A stretch of 63,929 nt of DNA, the filler included, from Thraustochytrium aureum (lineage: Eukaryota), in assembly GCA_012862495.1 (NCBI GenBank). It is 4 parts of 3 records of this genome, joined end to end, with 100 filler letters (N's around TTAATTAATTAA, not from the genome) between each part and the next. Parts side by side here need not be neighbours in the genome. Positions count along the whole stretch, not along the records: positions 16,562 to 41,174 come from BLSG01000418.1; 3 more parts are not named here. One strand, 5' to 3'. Below, piece after piece: positions 18,236-31,679 of this stretch (positions are counted from its first letter, which is position 1; every line of letters starts with the position of its first letter). A program made the translations under genes and the position numbers. The notes below the pieces were generated by a model that saw only the letters and a list, made by a program, of their open reading frames with translations, did no database searches and was not told the DNA's origin.

Positions 18236-19355
18236 CTCGCCAGCGACCTCGGTGAGGGCCAGGAGGACGGCGAGTGCCTCGCGCGGGAGCTGCGGGAGCC
18301 CCTGGCGCCTTGGCTTGACGTGGTGGACGCGGAGGTGCACTTTAACGACCCCTTGAGCCTGCCGCGGCGAGGCTCGGTGCTGCTAACGCTGCTCGAGTGG
18401 CTGCCCAGCGACAAGCTGCGCTGCCAGCTCGTGGCCCTGGCCGCCTTCCCGCGCACGTTGCTGGCCGCGCTGCACGCCGAGAGCGACGCGCGCAACGTTC
18501 TTGGCCGGTTCACGCCTGCCGAGCTCCGTCGCGCCGTCGGGGGAGGGCGGCCACAATGTGTCTGGCGTGGTCGCCGTCGGGTCGTCAGAGATGCTCGCGC
18601 CGCGCGGCCATGGCGACAAGCAAATGCTGCACCTCGTCGAAGCGCGTTGGTTGGCTGCGTTGGCGCAGTCCGTGGTGGCCTCTGCCGGCGGCGAGTCGAT
18701 GTCGAGCGGCGAGCGCGACGAGTACTTTGACCACCTCTCGAGGCTGCGCGCTGTCAAGGCAGTCCGGTGGACGGCAGCTTACGTGGGCAGCCGATCGCTT
18801 CTGGTGAGCTGGGCACAGAACGAGAACGCCGACTTTCACATCAGGCAAGCCGGGATCGTGGCCCAGCAGCTCGCGCCCGGGGCTGTCATCGAGGTGCACG
18901 TGTTTCACCCGCAGCTTGGAATCATCGCCCAGCTCGCTCGTCGCCATCCCGAGACGCGGTGGGTTGTTGCCCACGCTGGGGGGCCACTTAATTGCGGCCG
19001 CCCGCTGATGGACTGTTTTGAGCTGGTCGACGGTCTTGAGCGCCTCGCGCGGTTTGAGAACGTGTTTTTCAAGGTCAGCAACTTGGCGAGCCTGCACACC
19101 GGGTTGGGCTACCGGAACAGCGCGGTCTCGGCGCGGGTCCTAGTTGCAGACTGGGCGGACCTCGTGCGCTTCGTTGTTTCCAGCTGGGGGCCGCGCCGCG
19201 TGCTCGTCGGGTCCAACTACCCGATCGACTCGCCGGTCGTCGACTACACGGACTTTTGGGATGCCGTCAAGACGATCCTGCTAGACATGCCGCTGTCTGA
19301 GGCTGACGTGCGGCGGATCCTGGCCGAGAACGCGCGCGAGTTGTACAAGCTGTAG
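18236..19355 (+). CDS. Amidohydrolase_2-family protein (5' partial; +1 frameshift at G-run ~18539-18543)
   Basis: VVDAEVHF, FTPAEL, LARRHPETRWVVAHAGGP, LARFENVFFKVS, WGPRRVLVGSNYPID and ILAENARELYKL. Confidence 0.8.
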
Positions 19356-19759
19356 ATGTCTCCNNNNNNNNNNNNNNNNNNNNNNNNNNNNNNNNNNNNN
19401 NNNNNNNNNNNNNNNNNNNNNNNNNNNNNNNNNNNNNNNNNNNNNNNNNNNNNNNNNNNNNNNNNNNNNNNNNNNNNNNNNNNNNNNNNNNNNNNNNNNN
19501 NNNNNNNNNNNNNNNNNNNNNNNNNNNNNNNNNNNNNNNNNNNNNNNNNNNNNNNNNNNNNNNNNNNNNNNNNNTAAAAGGTCAAGGTGAAATTTGCCCA
19601 GGGGCCGAAACTCGATGATGTGCGATGGGGGTGCGGCACACTCGTGTTCAAAAACACGACCGCAATCAGAAGGCCGGAAGCAACTCACAACAGGAGCAAC
19701 GTGCTCAAGTGCAACTCGCAACCGTCCCGTCGCTCCTTCATGACAGGAGCGGCGAGATC

Positions 19760-19950
19760 CAAAGACCGACCAAGATCTGGAAGCACGTCACGAATACGCG
19801 CACGACTCAACAGGAGATGTTTCTAACGCAAAGACCGACCAAGATCTGGAAGCACGTCACGAATACGCACACGACTCAACAGGAGATGTTTCCAACGCAA
19901 AGACCGACCAAGATCTGGAAGCACGTCACGAATACGCACACGACTCAACA
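19760..19950 (+). repeat. 69-bp minisatellite, ~2.8 copies
   Basis: CAAAGACCGACCAAGATCTGGAAGCACGTCACGAATACGC... starts at 19760, 19829 and 19898. Confidence 0.93.
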
Positions 19951-21380
19951 TGAAAGCAAACGAAGTCCCAAGCTGTGCGGACCCCCATCTGGAGCCGACC
20001 ATTCGAAATGAGCCGGCCAAGCACTGAGAGAAACAAACGCACCAAACAAAAGAGCTCACTGCGCCGACGGGTAGCAGAACGCACGATCCAAGTGATGCAG
20101 ACCACAAGCGTGGAGAACAGCGCCTCGCCTAGCACTGGCATTTTAAAGCGAGCGCGTGGCGAGAGGCGAGACAATAAAGCGCAACCCAACATGACGACCA
20201 ACGCGAGTCTGGCCTCGCCAACCTCTGAGGCAACCTCGGCGCTTTACCAGCACAGTGCGACTCCCACTTACGGCACTGGGACTCGAGTCGGGTACTGTGC
20301 CTGTCCAAACGCCTCTCTCGCGCAACCCTCGCGAGCAACAAAACTCCTTTAAACGCGCCTCGATCCTCCTTCAATGAAACAAACCGCGCAAACCCCACTT
20401 GCCCGTCTCGTCCTTGGAAAGTGCCACGGGTGGACCGTCCGCCTGCGCAGCTGCGTGACTTTCTTGCTTCGCTCCCGCAATATACGTCTACAGATAAAGC
20501 CACCGCTCTCAAAACTTGCCGGCATGCACTGAAACTAAAAATGCTGCGCGGCTGCTCGCTCGGAAGTGTTTTTCGGTTGTGGAAGGGGGGGGAGGGGGGT
20601 CGTGCAGGACATGCACTCACGACTGACTCACGGCTGACTCACGGCTGACCAACCAACCAAATTCGCACTTGCCTACGACTCAACAACTGCGACCTTCATC
20701 CGTCAAATCACCCGGGGCGGCACCAGCGAGCCGCAGCAGCGCAAGCTCACAAGCAAGCGGCCTCACACGCGGTCCGTTTGCTTACACACTCTGCTCATGC
20801 CCTGCCATCGGCCGATGGCAGGCCGACCAGACGACGAAATCACTGCGAGCCGAAGCCCCTGCGCCGGCCCCGGCACAGCCGCGCGCGCATCTCTGGCCCG
20901 CGGGGCCACCAAACGGCGCGCTCCGCGGTCCATTCGCGCGCACTCGACCTCGTTAGGGGTCTGCCGAAACAGCCAAGGGACTGCTCCTTTCGCCCAGTTC
21001 GCCACCTTGCACTTGTATCTATTTTACTAGTCCGAAGTGACGTCATGAGCGCAGCTCATGGCCTTTCTGCTAGCACATCGGTAGTCCAACGGAAAAGGAT
21101 ACGTCAGAAGCAGTGCAGCGGCGTGCCGCCGGAGGAGCGCATCTCCGAACGAACGTCGGACGACAACTCGGCAAGAATCTCACGACGGAATTCTTTCGAG
21201 CAAGATCAGGAATCAAGCAAAAGCTCGAGCTTGAGCTCGTGGACCAGACCGAACAGCGCCGGAGCTCCGGGGAATGCGCTCGAGTCGCTGCACGAGCTCT
21301 TCTACATAGTTTCGCTAGCTCGACCGACATCAGAAACGACGGCAACTCTGCACTTCGTGGCGAGCGCAAACGAGCACCGA

Positions 21381-21478
21381 CCGGTGCCTGTCGCCCACGC
21401 ACTTGGGCTCGCACAGACCGGTGCCTGTCGCCCACGCACTTGGGCTCGCCACGATCGGTGCCTGTCGCCCACGCACTC
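21381..21478 (+). repeat. 37-bp minisatellite, ~2.6 copies
   Basis: CGGTGCCTGTCGCCCACGCACT at 21382, 21419 and 21456, just downstream of the PIGN stop. Confidence 0.92.
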
Positions 21479-21531
21479 GCGGCGCTCGTGGAGATGGGCC
21501 AAACGAAGCCGCGACAGAGGTCGCAGCTGCT

Positions 21532-24500
21532 TCAGGTCGACTTGGCTCCGGAATCGGCCTCGCTGCAGACAGAGCGGTCCATTTCGAGACCTTGCACAAA
21601 GTAGCGCGCCAGCGCGAACAGCAGCGGCAGGAAGATGCACTGGCAGTTGACGAGGCCGAACTGGGAGATCGAGTTGCCGATCTCGAGCCAGCTTCCCTCG
21701 TCGCGCACCCAGAAGAACAGATGCACCGCGAGCAGGTCGTAGAGGGCAATGACGAGGAAAAAAAGGCGCTGCGGCGACACGGTGGAGACCTGCGCAGCGC
21801 GGCGCTCGGCGGCCAAGATGGACACGTGCGACGTCACGAGCAGGTAGGGGATAATCTTGGCGAGGATGCAGAGCGTGCCCATTAGGAAGGGCGAGAAGAG
21901 GGTCACGAAGCGGTAGGTCGCACTGAGCTGGAACGAGCTCATCGAGGCGATGTTGCCCGTCCCGAAGAATGCGATGTGCACCATGAGTAAAAAAATAAAC
22001 GCGGTGCGCACGTCCCCCATGGAGACGGCGTCTGAGACGCCAACTTGGCCGAGGCCACCCTGGCGCTTCCGCTCCAGGTAGCGATCATAAAAGATGGCGC
22101 GCTCCAGCACGAGCCACTGAAGGAGCGTGACGCCCAGGCAGGTGAAGAAAAGCAACTCGTAGTTGACCGAGAGGAGGCAGAACGGCGGCGCCAGCGCAGC
22201 AAGCACAGACAGGTACCTCTTGTAGGGGGTCTTGGATGAGAACAGGCACAGATGGGGGGACACCAAAAACACGGCCCAAGTCAACGCCTGGTTGACCAAG
22301 GGCAGGCCCTCCTTGGCTGCGAGGCTCGTGTCTGTGCTGCGCGTCAGCACGATCGCCATCGCGACCAAAGAGAGCTGCAGGAGGCGCTGGAAGGTGAAGC
22401 CGTCCAGGTCCCCGCGAAAAAGCGTCCCCAAAACAACCAGAAGCGCGATCGCTCCACCGACGAGCAGGCTCGGGCTGTCGTTGAGTTCGAGCGGAAAGAG
22501 CGTGAACGAGCCCAACCCGACGCACGATGGCGGCCCACGCCGCGCGGAGCGCAGCCCCAGATGCATGCTTGAGCTGGCCGGTGTGGCTCGGGTAGGCCAC
22601 GAGACGCGGCTCCCAGAGGCAAGGCTCCCACATGGGCCAAAGGGCGAGGGCGCAGAACAGGACGACGTAGACCTCCCTGTAGGTGTACCCGAGCACGAGG
22701 AGCTGTGTCCCGGCTAGGTAGAAGAGCAGGACGACCGCGTCGCGCGGCCTGGCCGCTGCTTTGCGGCGCCAGGCGGCGAAAACGAGCGGCTTGCGCAGCA
22801 CGTAGACCCAAAAGGCGCCAGACAGGGCCACGTAGACGTGGTACATGAACGGGCTCTGCTCGACGGCCTGGAAGGCAACGAGGGCGGCGGTCAGAGCCGC
22901 GACGGCCGCCGCGGGCGCGGTCCAGGACTCGCGCTGCTCGGCCGGGTCGCTCGAAGAAAGCTGGACAGCCAAGAGGCAAACCCATCCCAAGTAGCCGGAT
23001 ACGATCACAGCCATCAGGTAAGCGCGGTCGTATACCTGGTAGTAGTGCAGTCCCTCAATGCAGGTCGCCATCGCAGCCTCGCAGAGCCTGCGCGCGCGGT
23101 CGAACGTCGCCGCATCCAGCGCGCCGCCATTCGCGTTCAGCAGGCCTTCGACTTGCTCAAGGCTCGCCTCCGCCTCCGCCAGAGCCGCGAAGGGGCGAAG
23201 GAAGACTTGGCGCGCTCGGCGCGCCTCCTCCTTGAAGCGCACCTGCGCGACGAGCTGGCGCGCGTTTCGCAGCAATGAGAGCGCGCTGTAGCGCCCGCGC
23301 TCCAGAAAGCTCTCTGGAAGGCGGCCCACCGAGTTGACAGGGTTGGGGATGCCAACCAGAGTGGCCAGCAGCGGGGCAATGTCGGCCTGCTCCACGTCCT
23401 TGCGGGCAAGGTGCGCCATGCCCCAGCGCACCGTCTGCTCCCTCTCCTCCTCCAGGGTAAAGCCAGTTGTGACGCCCTGCCGGGGGTCCCAGTCTGCGCT
23501 TGCTGGTGGCTCGGGCCTGCGCACGCCTGCGCCCCAGGCCACGAGCGGAGTACGCGTGTTGGTTGGGTCGCCGTCCCCGTGCGCGCCCTGGTTGCCCATC
23601 CCGTGGTCGGCGGTGAAAACAAATGCCGTCCGGTTGTCGCCAAAGTAGTCCTCGAAGAGGGTAGCAATCCCGCGCACGCCCTTGTCGACGGAGGCCATGT
23701 TCTGGTAATACTCAGGCGCGTGTGGGCGATGTGCGTGACCGTTCGAGTCGAGGCCGAGGAGGTGGAGGAAGAAAAAGACGCGTTCCTGGGCCAGCTCGGC
23801 GCGAAGCGTCTCGTTCGTCTTGGCCTCGCGAAACATGTCGGCCACCCTATTGAAGACCCAGGTGTCCAGGATCGTCAAGTCCTTGGCGGCAAAGTCCTCT
23901 TCTTCCGGCGAGTAAAAGTAGTCTGTCACGTGTGGGTGCCGCTTGGCAAACATGCGGGTTATGTCGGGGCTGCCCCATAGCCACGTTCGCTTGCTCTGGT
24001 TGAAAACGTGGTCGAACTCCACCGGATTGTCCTGCCACCCGCGCGTCACTGCGCTGACATCCTCGTAAAANNNNNNNNNNNNNNNNNNNNNNNNNNNNNN
24101 NNNNNNNNNNNNNNNNNNNNNNNNNNNNNNNNNNNNNNNNNNNNNNNNNNNNNNNNNNNNNNNNNNNNNNNNNNNNNNNNNNNNNNNNNNNNNNNNNNNN
24201 NNNNNNNNNNNNNNNNNNNNNNNNNNNNNNNNNNNNNNNNNNNNNNNNNNNNNNNNNNNNNNNNNNNNNNNNNNNNNNNNNNNNNNNNNNNNNNNNNNNN
24301 NNNNNNNATCTCGCGCAGGAAGGAGGTCTTTTCGCGCGGCCACGTCACAGCATCGGCCTGGTAGCTTGCTTCGCGTGCCCCAGGTTGGGCGCCGTCCGGC
24401 TTGGCGGCGGCGTCTCGTTCCCTTTTTTCGTGAAACCGCGCATCGCGTCCCAGGAACCGAAAGCAGGTGTCCGCTCGCAGCCCGTCTGCAACGATCAGCA

Positions 24501-24663
24501 CAACCCTCTTGGCCGGCGGCGCCTCTTCGCTCAGCCCGCCGAGTCCGTCGTGCACGGCCCCGATCCCGGAGTCAATTGGCGACCGGAAGTAAATGTCAAA
24601 GATGCTGAAAAAGTAGCACAAGTGGAACACCACGCACAGCGCCAGCAGGGCGTTGCCGTCCAT
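21532..24663 (-). CDS. PIGN: GPI ethanolamine phosphate transferase 1 (gap; 1-nt indel ~22530)
   Basis: SIFDIYFRSP, PPAKRVVLIVADGLRAD, FYEDVSAVTRGWQDNPVEFDHVFNQS, FFLHLLGLDSNGH, TADHGM, HGDGDPTNTRTP, FFGTGNIAS and VRDEGSWLEIGNSISQF. Confidence 0.96.
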
Positions 24664-25450
24664 CCTCCCCGCGCAATCCAGCAAGCCTCCGCCGCGCCCT
24701 CCTCGACCGACCTGGCGCGTTGCGGCTCTGCTCGCTCGCTGGGAGGGAATCTCGCCTGGCGTCGTTGCGCCCGCCGAGCAAAGGAGCGCTTCGTCGACGC
24801 AACCGCGAGATTCGAGTGACTGCTGCTGGGCTGGCCGAGCAAGTCCGCGCGCGCCCTTCTTTGTTCCTCCCCTTTCGCGCCTCTGCGTTTTTGTCCCTTT
24901 TTGTTCCAATCTGCGCAAGGAGGGACCAAGGAGCATCCTCCCGCGCCTCACTTGCCGCCGTCCCAGCTACTCCCGCGTCCACCTCCAAATCCGCCCTCGC
25001 CGGCTCCCGCGGGGGAGCGGCAGGCGCGTGACTCGAGTGCTAAGCAGGACGTGGCGGATCCGCGCGGCGCTGCGGAGTGCGGCCGCCGTGCGCGTCAGGC
25101 GGTGACGACTCGGACGCACGAGACGCCTTTTTTCTTGTCTGTTTTTGTTGACACGAAAGCGACAGCAGACAGACCCCCAACGCAAAGCTGCAGGCGGCCG
25201 GCTCGCAGCTGCTGGCTCTACTAGAGCCTCCTGGCCGAGTGGCCCACGCACTGGCAGGCAGGGCAGATTGGCTCGCGTCGCGGTGCAGGACGCTCGCGGA
25301 GCGCTGACCCGCGCGTGCGGCCCCTGGTGTTTTGGTGGGCTTGTCCGGTGACGGGGCGCGTCGCCGCGGTTTTGTGGGAAGGCGTCGCACGCTCGCTGGC
25401 TGGCTGGGCGGAACGCCGACTGGCTGGTTTGGGGGCAGGGCGCGACCTGC

Positions 25451-26456
25451 ATGAGTGCGGCGGCGGCGGCGGAGGCCAAGATGGATGTGAAGGATTTGTT
25501 TTTGAGGTTTGCGGCCGACGCGACCGCCGGCGCCGTGGCAGGAGCGACCGTCACCCCGATTATATCTGCCGTGGACAGGGCGCTCGCAGAAAATGCGAGC
25601 GGTAAAGCGCAGCTGTACGAGTCGTTTTTGGGTCGCTCAAGGAGTACGCCACGAGGCCCATCCAGTACCTGCGCGGGCCGCAGTTTGCGTACATCTGGCT
25701 GATCTACGGCGGCACATACATTGCAGCAAATGTCGTTGAGACAGTCTGCGCGGTGCGCAAGTCGGACCCGTCGCTCCCAAAGTGGCTGGCCACCTCGACA
25801 ACCAACACGGCGACCTGCATCGTCAAGGACCGCGCCTTTGCGCAGATGTTTGGGGCCTCGGTGCCCGCAAACGTGCCGCCAACGGCGTATGCCGCCTGGC
25901 TTAGTCGCGACTTTGGTACGTTCGTTCGCCTCGTCAACTCGTCTTGCACGCCGAGAGGCTGACCTTGTATTTGCCCATCGCCAACCCGCCTTGTTCGCCC
26001 CTGCAGTCTCCATGGGGGTCTTCTTCACGCTTCCGCCCATCGTGGTCGCCAGCTTGCTCCGTATACAGGGAGCGAGGAGTCGGGCTACTACGCGGCGCAG
26101 ATCGGCCTGCCGCTCATCCTCCAGACGGTGACAACCCCGCTCCACTTGCTCGGGTACGACATCTACAACAACCCAAAGGGGACAGTCGCGGACCGAATCA
26201 AGTTTCTTCAAAAGGATTATTGGAAGAACGTCTCGATTCGAATGGTGCGCATGGTAAGTGGTTTTATTTGATGCTGCTGCTGCGTCCGGCGAGGCGCGCG
26301 TGCCGTTGCTGACTGGGGCGGCGTGCTTCCGCGTTGCAGGCACCCCCTTGGTCATGCGGGACCATCTTCAACAAGGAAGCGAGGACGGCGCTCCTTGGCT
26401 CGTTCGGCCTTGCGCCGCTGCTCAGCACGACGCCAGTTTACCACGTATCTGGCTAG
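25451..26456 (+). CDS. Sideroflexin/mitochondrial-carrier-like membrane protein (2 introns, indels near 25630 and ~26065)
   Basis: TPIISAVDRA, YGGTYIAAN, KDRAFAQMFG, WLSRD, FFTLP and QTVTTPLHLLGYDIYN. GT-AG introns at 25916-26006 and 26254-26339; stop TAG at 26454-26456. Confidence 0.75.
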
Positions 26457-26537
26457 CTGCCCAGCACGACGCCAGTTTACCACGTATCTGGCTAGCTGCC
26501 CAGCACGACGCCAGTTCACCACGTATCTGGCTAGCTG
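26423..26537 (+). repeat. 39-bp tandem repeat x3 overlapping a stop codon
   Basis: CAGCACGACGCCAGTT(T/C)ACCACGTATCTGGCTAGCTG at 26423, 26462 and 26501. Confidence 0.95.
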
Positions 26538-26932
26538 GGCCTCTGAGAGCCCCTCGACAGCGCGGGGGCCGAGCAGTCGCCCTCGAGCGGCGACCTACTA
26601 GAGCAAATGAGTTTCAATCAAACGTGCAAACCAGATGTGCAGCTGTTGCAAAGGTCCCATGGTCTTGTCGTTTGTTCAGTGACTTGCAGGCCGCTTTGCA
26701 GACCGCCAGCGCCGATCCCCCGCCGGCACTACTCCTTGCCGCACAGCAGATGCTTCGCGCCGCTCGCGCTGACGGGCTCGCCAATTCGCCCTGGCAAGCC
26801 CGTTCAGTCAGTACAACCGCCTGGTGGAGTGGACGAAGACGTTCCTGGCACTTTCGCCCCTCGCAGCGAGTCTCGTTAGAAAGAGAGACTGCTCGGTCCC
26901 ATCGCAGCTGCTGCAGGAAATCGCGCCAGGGC

Positions 26933-29900
26933 TCACAACTGAATAATCGGCTTCTTCAACTTGAGGTTGACGACGATCTTCTGCCGCTTTGCCGGCTGGC
27001 CAGATCCGCCCAGGTTGGGCGCAGGGCTTGGCGGCGCCGTGCGGCGGATCATAGGCGCGAACCGGCGCCGCGAAGCAGACGCCGCGGCCCCAGTGTAGGC
27101 CGCATCGTCAAAGTAATCTGCGTGGCCAGCGTCTGCCCACCCCTTGAACGGCCCCAGGTCCGAGGCCGCCACCATGGTGTCCTTGAGGACGGGCGGGGTG
27201 TCGAGCCGCCAAATCGCTCGGTAAAGCTGGCTAAAGGCGATGCGCAGGCGGCCGTCCGAGTCGTTGCTCTCGTTGAAGAGCGTCCACAGAACGCCAGCGA
27301 GCTGCGTCGTGGGCACGCGGCACTTTGGGTGGATGTCGTCCGGGGCATTGGAGAGCGGCCAAAACAGACCGGAAGGCGACTCGTGGTTCTCTAGCTCTGC
27401 GTGCTTGTCGTCGATCGTGTCCGCGTGCAGCTCGAGCATGTACTTGACGACGCCCCACTGGAGCTGCGGGCACGGGTCGGCGGCCACCGCCTCTAGCACC
27501 CAGCGGATCACCCCCAGCCACGCCACGTCGCGGTCGCACATCTCGTCGAAATCGAAGACATGCCGGCTTCCACGCGAATTCACGTAGGTGTGCAAGATTG
27601 CCTTGAAGGCTTCCTCGCGCACGGCGGCGCCCCAGTCGTGGCCGGCCGCCACCGCAGCCACCTTGTTTCCCGGCGGAACGGGCGTGTTGTACACCGCATA
27701 CGCGAAGAAAGGCGTCTTGGCCGGAATCGTGCCTTGCGCCTCCAGCGACCCGAGCGCCTCCAGGCAGCCCACAGTCACCACATGGCCCGCGCTGGGCGCC
27801 ACGGCATCGTAGTGGAGGTAGCGGCGAATGTGGTCTATGATCTCATAGAACCGCCCCAGGATGTCCTGCGCCGTGCGCCGCGACCCGAGCGACTCGACCG
27901 CGCTCCCCGCGCGGTACTCCTCGTTGCGAGTACCCTTGACATACGCCGCGACAATGTCGCCTGCCGCAGCGCAGAGGTCGCTAATGTATAGTGCGTCGCT
28001 CCACTTGTTGATCGAGTTGTCGTTGTCGCGAAGCAGCGTCAAGACAAAGTCGAGAACCTCGTCGGGCGGCTTGCCGGACCGCGCCCGGATCATCCGCAGC
28101 GCGCGCGTGGCGGCGCGCTTGATTGCAAACTCCCCGGGGACGCCAAAGTCGTTCGGAAGGAGCATGTTGCTCGCGTGCTGAAACAGAGTCTTCCGGAGCG
28201 CGTGCAAAATGAGGTTGAGTCCCACCCAAGGGTGCCACCCCTTGCGCTTCTCGATTGACGCTCCGTCGTCCTTGTCAAACAACGCCTTTTTCGGCGCATG
28301 GTGCCGCTGCCACTCTGCGAGGCGGAGCACAGCTTCGGCGCGCACTCGAGGCGGGCGCCGCTCGTTTACGATGCAGCCCGCAATCGCGCTAGCGCACCTC
28401 AGATCAAAGGTGCTGACGCCACCTTTGGACGAGGGCTCTGAGGCGCCGGGGCGGTCGCCCTCGTCGCCCCCCTCGCCGGGCCGCGACCGGCGGGACGTGA
28501 GGTCGTCAGTCATGGCGCTCGGGAGCGCCATCTGCTTGAGAGCAAAGCACTGCTGCAGCACGTCGTCGGCCAGGGTCGGGTCGCTCAGGAGCTCCAGGTA
28601 CATAATCTCGGTCTGGCGCCACTCGACGTTGCGGAGCCACATCAGGTCCGGGTCGAGGATGACATACTTGACCGGGTACTCGTTGTGCCAAATGCGGCTC
28701 GACTCCTTCTCTGTGTTGAAGAGCTCGAGCAACTCTGCCGTCGTGAGCCCCTGCGGCTCCTCCCACTTGGTAATCCGCTTCTTGGTCTCTTCGCTTTTCC
28801 GCCCACCGCGCTGCTTTTGCTTTTGGGTGTTCAGGGGGATGGTGTGCTCGCTGCGGTCCTTGGAGAGCGGCCGGTCATGCGTCCACGTGTCGTCCTCCTC
28901 CACGACGCGCACCCGTAGGGTCAGGTTCATCGGCCGCGAGCCGAGGTTGGGGATCTGCTCGAGGATGAGCTCGAGGTTGTTGTTGCGGTACTCGACAGAG
29001 CCACGCAGCTCCAGAAAAGAGCACTTGCGCAGCCAGTTGTCGGCAAAGTTGCCCGATGTGTAGAGATTGAAAAACTCCGCTTTCGCGCCGCCGACCTTGC
29101 ACAGCGCCAGGACAAGGTCGTACTCGTTAATGCCAATTACCCCTGCGTCCTTGTGCAGCTTTTTTTGAAAGTCGTCCCCGACCTCGCTGAGACCTGGGTA
29201 CTCGCCAAAGGCCGCCGTCGCGGCCCTCGCGTGCAGCGTGCCAAGGCTGCCCAGCCCGCTCGCCGCGCCTGTCAGGGCGCTTGGGGCAGTCGCAGCTTGC
29301 AGCTCTGCGGGGACCGGCTCGCCGCGCGCCCGGAGCCGGAACGCCTCGACGCGCTTGCGCTGCAGCACGTTGTCGTCAAANNNNNNNNNNNNNNNNNNNN
29401 NNNNNNNNNNNNNNNNNNNNNNNNNNNNNNNNNNNNNNNNNNNNNNNNNNNNNNNNNNNNNNNNNNNNNNNNNNNNNNNNNNNNNNNNNNNNNNNNNNNN
29501 NNNNNNNNNNNNNNNNNNNNNNNNNNNNNNNNNNNNNNNNNNNNNNNNNNNNNNNNNNNNNNNNNNNNNNNNNNNNNNNNNNNNNNNNNNNNNNNNNNNN
29601 NTGAAAAACGCTCGCCGCACGTGCAAGCAGTCCAGCTCAAACCCTCGCGCCGACCAGAGCACGCTGTCACTGGGAGGCCACTTCAGTGGGCCGCTGCAGC
29701 GGCCGCTGCAGCACGTTGCCGGCGGTGCCGTGCTGCCGGCGCACCGCGTCGAAGCGAAACTTGCCGACCTTGAGCGCGTCGAAGTTTAACGTCAGGAGCT
29801 CGCGCGGGTCTGTGCTGCCCACGTAGGGGCTCGTCGCTGAGCTCCACCCCTTGCTGTTTGCCGAGACAGAGGCGCGGCTGGCGGACATTTCGTCGCCGGG

Positions 29901-31274
29901 GAGCTGAATCTTGACCTGCTCCCAAGCCTTGAGCGCGTAGCGGAAGGCGAGGTACCGCACCAGGCCGGCGATGATCCACATGTCGTTCTCCACCTTTGGC
30001 GGCACCAGGTAGCCGAAAAAGCAATAGGCCACTCCCAGGGCCTGGATGTAGTGCGGGTGCTTGTCGAAGAGGAGCCCAGCGCCCGCCGGCGTGTCCGGGG
30101 TTGGCTCGTCTTCAGCGAGCAGCATCGCGTCCGAGACGACCGACAGACCGCCGAAGGTCGCAATATCTACGTATGCAAACTCACGGTCCACGACGACTTG
30201 ACGGTACGTGGGCGATGGAAAGCGGTCCAGCTGGAGGTACTCGAGGATCTCCTTTACAGCGCGGCAGAGGTGCGTCGCGGCCTTGTCCACCGTGCCGTGC
30301 GGCGCGCGCGGGAGGTGGTACACGGTGACCCAGTCCTGGTTTGGCGCGAGGTGGCTGATGAAAGGCCCGACCGCGAGCGCCACATTGTGAGGCGCGATTG
30401 GCTCGACGTGCTCGAAAACGACAGTCTTGCGCCCTTGCGAGGCCTGACGCTCCTCCACTATCTCGCCGATCGACACGGCCGTAAGCTCTGCTGCTGTTGT
30501 CACCTCAAGGCGGAAGCGCGAGCGGGATTGGAGCGTGTCCACGCAGGGAAACCAGCAGCGAGCCCCGGAGCAAGCCCCAAGCGTCTCGGCTCCGCACAAG
30601 CTCGAGTAGGTGAACATGTGGCAGTAGTACCGCTTTGCGTTGTAGCCCCGGGTGAAAGAGTACCCGTCGCGCACGCACTGCTCCTTGTCGGGGACCATGT
30701 CGCCGCAGGCGGCGAATTTGACGCCGCCGCGTGGCCGCTCCAGCTTGTACTCAATGCGGACGACGAGTTCGGGCACATCGAGCACGGTTTCCGGTAGCGT
30801 CAGCTCCAGCTCGCCGTCCTTGGCGGCCATCAGGTCACCGGCAAGGTACGAAAAGTACGTCGTGAGGTCGCGCACGTTGTCCTGCGGCACGATCCGTTTC
30901 AGAAAGTCGCGCTGCACGAAAGTCGCCGCTTGGTCGTTCACCCAGACGCCGAGAACCTGGCACTGACGGCAGTTGAGCGAAAGAGTCTTTCCCCACGGCG
31001 CGAACTCGATCGCGATTGGATCCTGAACTGCAGTCTCAGGAGCCGGGTGTGCGTCGCCTTCCCCGCCTTCGCTCTTGTCCGCCGGTGCCGCGCCGTCACC
31101 ATTCGTAACACCGCCGTTCCCGGCCTCGGCCCCATTCGCCGCGGCGGCGGAAGCTCCTGGTGGCACAAGGTCGTCCTTCCGGCACAGCTTGATCTCGGTC
31201 TCGCCATCCAGCCTCTCCTCGAGCAAGTCCACCTGCACGCGCAGCACCTGCTCGATCACGCGAAGTTGGTTCAT
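26933..31274 (-). CDS. TAF2: Transcription initiation factor TFIID subunit 2 (gap; possible intron/indel near 29600-29670)
   Basis: M1-aminopeptidase-like N-terminus (LNCRQCQV, GARCWFPCVDT, AVSIG, ALAVGPF) with no HEXXH motif. C-terminal half has YVILDPDLMWL, RVRAEA and LLRDNDNSINKWSDALY. Confidence 0.9.
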
Positions 31275-31679
31275 CCCCGCGCAGGCGGCGTCCCGATCTC
31301 CTCGAGGCCTTCCGAGCGCCTCGTCCGTCCGCGCGTCGGGCGTCCTCAACCGATCCCGCGGTTCCCAGCCAGCCCAGCGCAGCCCAGCCGCCACCCTGCG
31401 CCGCGCGCTCAGCCCCGACCCGCCACGCACTCGCACGCACGCACTCGCACGCACTCGCACGCACGCGCGATGCCGGCCTGCCGCTGCTCGGCCGCGTTGG
31501 GGATCTGGCACAATGCCAGCCAGCCAGGCCAGCTCGAGCTCCAGATGGATAGATCCCTTGGGAGGCCGAGGCGCTGCGGCGTGCCGGGCGATATCTCTCC
31601 AGCTGGCGCGAGCGCTGCGGCTGGGCGTTGCGGGTCTGCTGGACGGCGTTGACCGGAGCTTGGCAGATTGCGAGCAGGG

